Virus record (IMG/VR): IMGVR_UViG_3300042468_000945
Location: 32,001 to 96,000 of that record
Direction: 5' to 3' (one strand)
Source: a virus
DNA length: 64,000 bases
Shown here: in pieces, positions 28,154 to 36,700 of the stretch
Position numbering within the stretch: position 1 is the stretch's first letter
Layout of the letters: each line of letters opens with the position of its first letter
Translations under genes and position numbers: made by a program
Notes under the pieces: generated by a model
Databases searched by the model: none
Seen by the model: the letters and a program-made list of their open reading frames with translations, nothing else
What the model was told of the DNA's origin: nothing

Positions 28154-28692
28154 TTTAAGTTCTCCATGTAATAAGTTAAGTGATCCATTTCTGGTGAGTC
28201 TACTAAATCATAATCAACAAATAAAGTATCATTATTGCAGTAATTAGATAGGGGCTTTTTATTTATAATTTCCCCTGTTTCTGGAATAACTCTTGTTGTA
28301 TCATCCATAACATATATTTTACTAATATCAACATCTTTTTTAATTAGTAAAACATTATAGTCTTCATTTATTTTGGGATTAAAAACTTTATTACCTACAG
28401 GTAATGAAAACCAATCAGTATTTGGAAATGAAATAAACTTAGAGGTTACAATAGTTGAATTAGAAAGAAGGTATAATCCACCACTCATGTCCCCAAGCAT
28501 TCTTACCTGTCCAGCATAGATATCAAACTGACCTTGATCTCTAAATATAGCACCTACAGGAAGATCAGGGTGTCTTAATCCAATATCACTATCTGAATAA
28601 GTTAATTGATTTGATCGTATAGTATCATTCGTAACTTCTTCACTATACCTATCAATAGCTATCCTTGTTTGATCAAACATACTTAAACTCAT
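28150..28692 (-). CDS. Putative central spike-associated protein (beta-strand repeats)
   Basis: IGLRHPD...IFRDQGQFDIYAG..MLGDMSGGLYL resembles gpV/gp5 beta-prism strands. Located directly upstream of the gp25-like gene. Confidence 0.45.
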   Translation of the reverse strand: MSLSMFDQTRIAIDRYSEEVTNDTIRSNQLTYSDSDIGLRHPDLPVGAIFRDQGQFDIYAGQVRMLGDMSGGLYLLSNSTIVTSKFISFPNTDWFSLPVGNKVFNPKINEDYNVLLIKKDVDISKIYVMDDTTRVIPETGEIINKKPLSNYCNNDTLFVDYDLVDSPEMDHLTYYMENLK

Positions 28693-29390
28693 TTTATTGT
28701 TGTCCCTGGCCCAAACGGATTCATTGGCTTAACAATGTTTCCTGTATTTGGTTTATTTATTTTATCTAATACTGATGGTAAGAATAAAGAAGTACCAGTT
28801 GCATTATTAGTCCCCTGAGAGGTTTTTGTTAAACCAGGTGTTTGTGGTTTTTCTTTATTACTTTTCCAGTTTTCAGGTACTTGTTGTGCTCCAAGTTTAC
28901 TGCCTTCAGGTGTTGGTCCTATGTCCCCAACCATAGGTGCAGGTGTACCAACATCGTTTGTTAAAGTACCACCTCTAGGTTGCTTCTTGGTCCTACCAGC
29001 AATAATAGTAGGCATTTGTATTCTACCAGCTGCAAAGTTAATTTCTGCCTCAATAAAATTATCACGAAGAAGCTCAGAATTAAAGTCACCGGTTTTTCCA
29101 GTATTGCCAGCTAGACCAGCCCAAGAAACTTTAGGGTTGAATATGGTACGATAATCCACCCCTTCAGAACTTCTACAAACAACTGCAAAACCTATTTTAG
29201 ATGCTTTAGCTTTCTGTGCCCAACTCTCCTCACTATAAAGATTAATACTAGTCGTAGACCTCATCCAAGGACTCTTGGCAAACTCTGCAACGACATCACC
29301 AGCATTTACCAAAATACCGCTAGTATATGTTAAGTTCTCTCTAATATTCTTTATATTATTCTTATCTAATTGATCTTTATAGTCGCTCAT
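28689..29390 (-). CDS. Putative baseplate spike/OB-fold protein with Pro/Thr-rich tail
   Basis: Start re-called to the ATG at 29390 (MSDYKDQ), 5 nt after the upstream stop. The track start at 29468 overlaps the peptidase gene. Function inferred from position. Confidence 0.45.
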   Translation of the reverse strand: MSDYKDQLDKNNIKNIRENLTYTSGILVNAGDVVAEFAKSPWMRSTTSINLYSEESWAQKAKASKIGFAVVCRSSEGVDYRTIFNPKVSWAGLAGNTGKTGDFNSELLRDNFIEAEINFAAGRIQMPTIIAGRTKKQPRGGTLTNDVGTPAPMVGDIGPTPEGSKLGAQQVPENWKSNKEKPQTPGLTKTSQGTNNATGTSLFLPSVLDKINKPNTGNIVKPMNPFGPGTTIK

Positions 29391-29395
29391 AATAA

Positions 29396-30100
29396 TTAAC
29401 CAACAAATTCCCAGTGCCAGCTCTCGTCTAGCGAACGCCCATCTCTCAAAAGAGGTGGGTTTTCCCAACCATACTGTCTACCAACTCTATCCATCCACTT
29501 GTATGTAGGTGTTTGGCGCATTCTTGCTGAACCTGCTACTGATTGTGCTCTTGAACCACTAAAATATAGTTCAGCAATATCTACTGCCAATGCCCAACCA
29601 TGCGGTGACCTTCCTGGTTTAGCTGCTCTTCCACCACCTATTGATGCTTGGTGATTATAGGTTCTATATGCTGATGTAACAGTTAAACGAACACCATCTT
29701 TTCTTGCATGCTCCATTAGTTTTAACCATGCGTCAGCGGCATCAGGTCTTAACCAATGAAAACCTTTATATTCTGCTGTTCTCGTACTTCTTTTACCTAT
29801 GGCTTTTAGTGCAGATAATGGCAACCTACCATTACTATAACCACCCCAAGCAGAGGGTCTTTTACCTGTAGGGTAGTTTGTACTTGATTGAATTGTATTT
29901 TCTTGTGGTACTTCAGCAAACTCTTCTGGGTCATCAAAAGACAATCCAAGCATATCAGATATGCCCTGGGAATCTCTCAATGATTGGTAGCTTAATTCCT
30001 TACCAAAACCCATATTTGATCGCTGCTCATACAAATACCTTGTAAAAGTAGCTTCTAATTCATCCATGTCTGGAGGGATATTTGATGAAAATTGTTCCAT
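29396..30100 (-). CDS. M15B (VanY-like) Zn peptidoglycan peptidase with N-terminal tag
   Basis: LRPDAADAW..L...A..DGV.L.VTSAYRTY..Q, AAKPGRSPHGWALAVDI (SxH..D) and ESWHWEF (ExWH). Confidence 0.9.
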   Translation of the reverse strand: MEQFSSNIPPDMDELEATFTRYLYEQRSNMGFGKELSYQSLRDSQGISDMLGLSFDDPEEFAEVPQENTIQSSTNYPTGKRPSAWGGYSNGRLPLSALKAIGKRSTRTAEYKGFHWLRPDAADAWLKLMEHARKDGVRLTVTSAYRTYNHQASIGGGRAAKPGRSPHGWALAVDIAELYFSGSRAQSVAGSARMRQTPTYKWMDRVGRQYGWENPPLLRDGRSLDESWHWEFVG

Positions 30101-30101
30101 A

Positions 30102-30779
30102 TTAATATTGATACAGATTATTAGTTCTCATTAAATTAATTAATTTAGATGCGTATTCTGTATTTGTACCAGCATATCCAGCTGCCTGTAAAGCTCTAGC
30201 TACGTCATCTGCATTTTGTAATTTACCAATGCCTTGTTTCTTATACCTTGGTCCTGTAAGAAATCTTCCATGATCCATAATACTTTCTTCCCAGTTATGG
30301 TAAACCCTAAAGTTTGCTGTAGTAACAAACTGATTACTACCCGATCCTTCTCTTGTTCTTAAAGCAATTGTACCAGCAGGTCCAGAACCTTTAATACCAA
30401 ACAAGTTATTATATTTAGAAGCTAAATCACTTTTACCCCAACCGCTTTCTTCACACGCTTGTGCAAGTATAACAGCTACAGGAATATTGTATAGTTCAAA
30501 AGTTTTTTTAGCTCCTGGAAGTATTTTATCAATAAAGTCTTTCTTTGTTTTAGGTATGGGATTAGTATTTACAGGAGTGTTGTTATTTGTTGGCCCATTT
30601 GCAGCATTGATTATTTGTTGAAAAGCATTACCTACAGCCTGGAAGTAATTATTTGTTGGACCATATGGGAGTTTACTTTCAAACCCCATATTTGCACGTT
30701 GTTCAAATAAATACCTTTCAAGGAGCTTTTCAAGGTGTGAAGGGTCTTCTGGAATTATACTACTAAAATTTTCATTCAT
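30102..30779 (-). CDS. GH73 glucosaminidase/muramidase (FlgJ-like) with N-terminal tag
   Basis: FIDKILPGA, VILAQACEESGWGKS (catalytic E), NNLFGIKG, FRVYHNWEESIMDH, LQAAGYA...YASKLI. Confidence 0.92.
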   Translation of the reverse strand: MNENFSSIIPEDPSHLEKLLERYLFEQRANMGFESKLPYGPTNNYFQAVGNAFQQIINAANGPTNNNTPVNTNPIPKTKKDFIDKILPGAKKTFELYNIPVAVILAQACEESGWGKSDLASKYNNLFGIKGSGPAGTIALRTREGSGSNQFVTTANFRVYHNWEESIMDHGRFLTGPRYKKQGIGKLQNADDVARALQAAGYAGTNTEYASKLINLMRTNNLYQY

Positions 30780-33700
30780 TTTTAGCTCCTATATTTTTAA
30801 TCCTCTTTAAGTATTCAGTGTCAGATTGTGTGTGGCCATAATCTGGAACTTCTATACCAACTAGAGCCGCTAAGATAGTTGTACCTTTAGCCGCTAGACC
30901 ATCATGTTGTCCACCTAACCAACCACCCAAGAAATTATCAAAAATAGATAGATCATCTCCTACAACACAACCTTGGTGTCCTCTAATACCAGCAACATAA
31001 GGAAGGGATGTACCATTACTATCTCTTGTTCTCAGAGGAATAATTGTTACAGCTTGTCTAGCTCTTAGTGTAGAGTTAGCATAGTCTATAATAGAAGCAC
31101 CAACTGTAAACCTAATAACCTCAACAGCAGCCCTTAAAACAATAGCAGGAGATAGCCATGATACTGCTTTAATAGACGGAGCAATTACTTTCTTCATTCT
31201 ACTTGCAGCTATGGCGACTTTTTCATTTTTGAAAACAACTCCCAACTCCTTAGCAGCTAGAAAATCATCAACTTTTTGTCCTGTTGCTTTAAGCGCATTC
31301 TCAGCAATTTTAATTCTTTCAACTAATCTAACAGGATTAGAGGCTTCCCTTACAACAGCTTTCAGTTCATCATCGGCAGTTGCAATACCAGCTGCCTGAG
31401 CAGCAGTAAATTGTTGTGCTGTTAAACCTTTTCGATCAGTAAGTAACTCAACAGTATCTAGTTCCTTAATAAAGTCATTCAACCTACCCGCATCATTAGG
31501 TAAGTCTGTTTCAATCATATAGTTTAAACTTTCAACGTCTTTTAAAAGATCATTCAGTCTCTTTTCAAGAACTATTTTTCCTTCAACTGTAGTAGCTGCA
31601 TTATAAGCAGTTTCAGCTTCTTTAATTTGTTCTGCCCTCTTAGCAATTAATTCATAGGCATTTTTTATCTCTTCTTTAATTTCTGGTTCTATTAATTTAA
31701 GCTGGTCCTTGAGTCTTTTTGCCACAATACTATCAGCAATCTCAATAACTTTATCTCTATCTAATGTGTCTTCAAACTTAGCTCCTAACTCTTTTAGAAG
31801 ATCAACATAATAAAGTTGACTTTCTACAGCGATGTTTAAAACCTTTTTCTGTAGGCCAGATGCTAGTCTTAAAGCTGGTAACTCAAGGTCTAAGTCTCTT
31901 GATCGTCTTAAAATATCAAATAAGTTATTACTTGATTTGTCATTAAGAATTCTTTTTAGTTCGTTTAATTGTTTTCTTCTTTTTGCCCCATAAAATGGTC
32001 TGAGTAAAATAGGCTTCTTCAATTCCAAATCAATCTCAGAAAGAAGTTTTTCTCTGATTTCTGACAGAGAATTAGCATAGAACTTAGTATTTAATTCACT
32101 AGAACCTAAAACTTCTAGGGCTTGGTTAAGTTCCGCAACCCTCATGTTGAAAGGCATATATAGTTTCTTAGTTAAGTATGCTGCTACAACTGTTGTTACT
32201 GCCCTTCCAACCATGTATTGACCTACTTTATTTACAGGTCCAACTGATAAAGCAGTAACTAGTTTTGTTCCTTGTACGCTAGTAAATGGAAGTGCAACAC
32301 AATCTGGAGTTATCATAGTGACAAACCCCCTTTCTGAGTTTAAAATGTGTGTAACGTTTCTTACAAACAAAGGACCTTCAAGACTATTAATAGTATCATT
32401 CAATAAGACAATATCATTTGGTTTAATACATGCTTGTCCTTGAATAGAGAACACCCCAGAATACATAGTTTTAACTGTATCACACAAACCAGTTAGAACA
32501 GAGTTTTCCACTGCTGGAGTATCTGGTACTCCTTGTAATGAGTCACCCACAACAGGTACAAACTTACCAACAGCATCTTTAAAAGATTCGTAATAACCTT
32601 TTTGAGCGGCTGTTACATATAATCCAGTATCAACAAGTAAAGTTTTTCTTTCTGCTGGTTGGATATCACTATCAACACTATAGGTTAATGTTCTAGACAT
32701 GTGATCTGTTGAAGCCACACCATTAAAAGTATTAACACCTGTTGCGTCAGTAAAGACTGTTGAAGCATCACTAGATATTGAATTTGACAGCAAGTTTAAA
32801 CCAGTAATTGCTGGCCATACTTGGGTGTAACATTTCCATTTAAGGTGTTTTGTGTAGTTATTAACATCTTTTAATAGTTCAGCTTGTTTATCAGAAGTGT
32901 TTTCAATGTTTTTAAAATCGGTTACATAAGATACTGTTACCAATCTCGGATTCTGATTTATTTGATCAGGACCAAACTTTGGTGATACGGAGAATCTGGC
33001 TCTCACAATATCTCCGTCTGCTCGTTTTAATGTAACATACTGTACAAGATCTCCAAGAACTGACCCCTGAACAAATCCTGGTTCAACTTCATTCCTCTCT
33101 AATACTTTCAGGACAATATCTTTTGAATTAGTAGCCTTTAAATATGCAGCAACCTGGGGCAAAAGTGGTTTAGTATTTGTAGTTTCTTCGTTTTCCAACA
33201 AAGGGGGTCTTTGGTATTTTAGAATAGATGGGTCATAAGCATAATTAAATGGATACCACCAACCACCAAAGAAGAGGGTTGATCTTGTATGGAATGGTTC
33301 TACTGCTGTAACAAAATCCATTACTGCCATTCTACATACGTTAGCAGTCTTCCAAACAGAAGGTTCTTTAACACTAACAGAAATTAGAGTAGTACCAGCC
33401 CAATTATAAATTGCATTCTTGCTGGCAATTTCACTCAACCAATTAAATTGTTGGTACATCAATCCTTTTCCTGCACCATACATATTCATAAATAATTCAG
33501 GAGTGTGGTATGTAAGTCCAGAATAATACACGTCACCAAAGTGTGGCGTTACACACCTCTTACCATACCTACCACCAGTGACTACACCAGCTATATTACC
33601 AGCTATGTCATTAGGAACCATAGTTTGGGCAATAATGTAAGCAGGTTCAGTTCCTGTTCCTGCAAAACCTGTAGGACTTTGATAACCTAAACCACCATCG

Positions 33701-36700
33701 TGAGTTTTTTGTAATCCATCAACAATAGGTTGTTGGAGTTCCCAACCATCACCATCACACTCAACATTAACAAACCCATTACCTACAGGTACATTCAAAA
33801 TCCTACCATTAAATACAACTGGTAATTCAGCTGCATTTGAGTTATAGCCCATCCTTATTTGAATTCTTGCCCCTGGATTTAGAGCAAGCATTTCAAGATG
33901 GTTTTTCTGCCACAATCTAAGAAGATCTTTGTTAGGTGTCTTGGTAATGATATTATCCCAAACCCTTCCAGCAACCACACCTGCACCAACTATTGGGTTA
34001 ATACTTCTCTGGTTTGCGTTAACACTATCAACAGCAATTTTCTGTCTCAAAGCCTCTACCTGAGAGTACCTTGTTAAAGCTGTAAACATATTAGAGAAAG
34101 TTACAAAAGCTTTATGAGACGGGTCTGTTTTAGTTTTAAAGACTTCAATTGAAGATATACCACCTCTTGTGTAGAACTGATCCCATAACTTTAAGTTACC
34201 TTCTGCAAAGTAAAACCCTTCATTAATAATTAGAACTTTAAATGTAGGGTATGCTTGAGCTAATCTTCCCCACAACCCAAATCTACGAACATCAACCATA
34301 GATGAGTATATAGCATTTTCACTGTGGGGGATTATACCAAAATCAACTTTAAGTCTAATAAGTGTAGCTTCTTCGGCAGTTAGATTTACCTGTTCAGCTA
34401 GTCTTGCACCAACAGTTAACCTAGTTACTACTTGTCTTTGATCAGAAATTCTGACTCTTTCTCCGCTTGGGGTTTGATTTGTAGCTATGTTTACTGTGTT
34501 ATTAGCATTATCAACTAAGATGTATGCGTTAAACGGATTAAACATAAGGTCATATTGATCTGTAAATGATGGGTGGATTGCAGAACCAAGAACTCTTGAA
34601 ACTTCAATATACCCAATCCAATAATCATCAATAATAGCTGAGTTGGGTTGTCCAACAGCTTGCATTAATTTCTTAATAGTATTTCTTGCTTGAGTACCAT
34701 ATCTTTCTACTGAAAGATTAGCTGCTGCCCTATTAAGTTCAGCTTCAAACTCTTTATTGAATCCAGTACCTACCCAAAACTTAGATCTACCAATAGAGGT
34801 TAATCTTAGGTGAGTTGCTATTAATGCAATGGTTGCATTATTCTGGTACTTCTTTAAGTAACCAGAATATACAGAACATATAAGTTCAACCTGTGCATTA
34901 AAATCTGGGTTTGCTTTGATTTCTTCTAAGGATAGATTAAAATACCCACCATCACCAACTGCGGCAATTCTATTTAAACCAAACCCTGATCTTCTTAGTA
35001 CAAAACCTCTAATAACGTTTGGATCAATCTTATATTTACTTGCATAATAATCAAATACATATGCTGATTCTAACATTGCTATTGTTGGATCAACACCTGA
35101 TGGACTATAAACATCTGGTTTTTTGTTTTGATTAGCTAAGTAGTAAGCATAATTAGAAGATTGAATTGCTGTTTTCTGATATGTTGATCTCCAATTAAAC
35201 TTGTCATCAAAAGTTGTTTTCTTTATCAGGTCAATTAATGGTTCCCATGTAGGTTCTTTACCTTCTCTTTCTCTTTTCCTAAAGTAACTTAATAAGATTG
35301 GGAATTCTTCTGGAAGAGATTTAAGAGTATCAGAGTTAAGATCATTATAAACAGGTTCGCCAAACAAAATATTGCTTGCCATATCTCTTACTACTTCACC
35401 TGCTTTTTTATACTCTTCACCAAATAGTCCACTTATTCCAGATAATACTGCATTAAAAGCATCAAACACACCATCTAAATAGTCAACACCAGCCGTGGCT
35501 CTAGGCGGAATTGGGACCAGGAAGTGAGACACAAGTGATTCACCTTTTAACTTATAAAGAGATCTTCTCTGTAGACCAAAATCTGCGGCTTCTTTTAATT
35601 TTCTAATTCTCCATGCAAAACTAAAGTAGTCTTTAGCCAGCATTGTATTTTCTAATCTAGCACCAGTAAGCTCATCTTTATTTGTATTTTGGTTAATTAC
35701 ATTCGTAATAAAAGCATTATTACCTGGACCATTTAGGTACTCTTCATTTTCTAATGTGTAGCCTTGTCTGTCATCAGTACCAACAGTTGTAACATTCCAC
35801 CAAGCACCCTCAGTAGAGTTGTACCCTTCATTAGTTTTTTTAAGTAATTGAGTAGCATATTGAACGTTTTCTTTTGGTTCAGAATTATCTATAGCCTTGT
35901 TAATCTGTTTTTCATAATCTTCAACACCACTAGATAAATAATCTTTACTATAGTTTGTATAGATATTAAAGATAGGGTCATACTCTCTATAAGCAATACC
36001 TCTCTTAAAATCGTTGTCGGCAATCGCTTTTGGTCTTAAATCTTTATCAATACCACCAAACTGGGCATCTGCCGCCCTGTCTAATAATGCACCCCACAGA
36101 GAATCAGGGTTGTAACAAATATAAAAATCTGAGTCAGCCCACAGCCCATTATTATATTCACTATAAGAAATCTCTGCTTCTGTACTAGAAATAAATTTTG
36201 CTATTTGCTCTCTTCTTTGTCTAATAGAAAGGAAATCTTCACAGATATCAATAATAGATAGTTCGTACTCAGTAAGGTCTTGAGCAGGTCTACCACTATT
36301 TCTTCTAATAGCTTCTTCTCTAAGAATATCAATCCATGAGTTTAGTTCTCCCTTTGTAGGAAGCCGCATATCTGGAAGTAATTCTTCTCTTGCCAATGAG
36401 TATTGTAGAGAGAAGTATTCGACTGCTTTCTCTACTAAAGGATCAGGTTCGTTTGGTCCAGGTCTTTGGAAGTTAAGTACTCTTCCTTGTTCCTGTAAAG
36501 TTGTTGGTAAGAATTTAATCTTTTCAGCTGCTTGAGCTTTTGGATCAAACTCAGTAAACAATATTTCAAATTCCCAAACATCTGGGAAGCCTTGCATATT
36601 GTTGAAACTAAGGGTTACAGGCATAACAAAATCAACTCCCATTAGTTGGAAGATGTTGTTATTTACCTGTAGGAATGGGATGCTGTCATAGCTTTCTGTG

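Noticed and set aside
29391-29468. Track start at 29468 and an apparent 73 nt gene overlap
   Set aside because: The extension overlaps the peptidase active-site end. The ATG at 29390 follows the upstream stop by 5 nt.
29396-30779. Conventional holin-endolysin lysis cassette
   Set aside because: No adjacent holin or spanin is evident, the genes sit between hub and spike genes, and they share a non-signal N-terminal tag. An endolysin role is not excluded but is less parsimonious.
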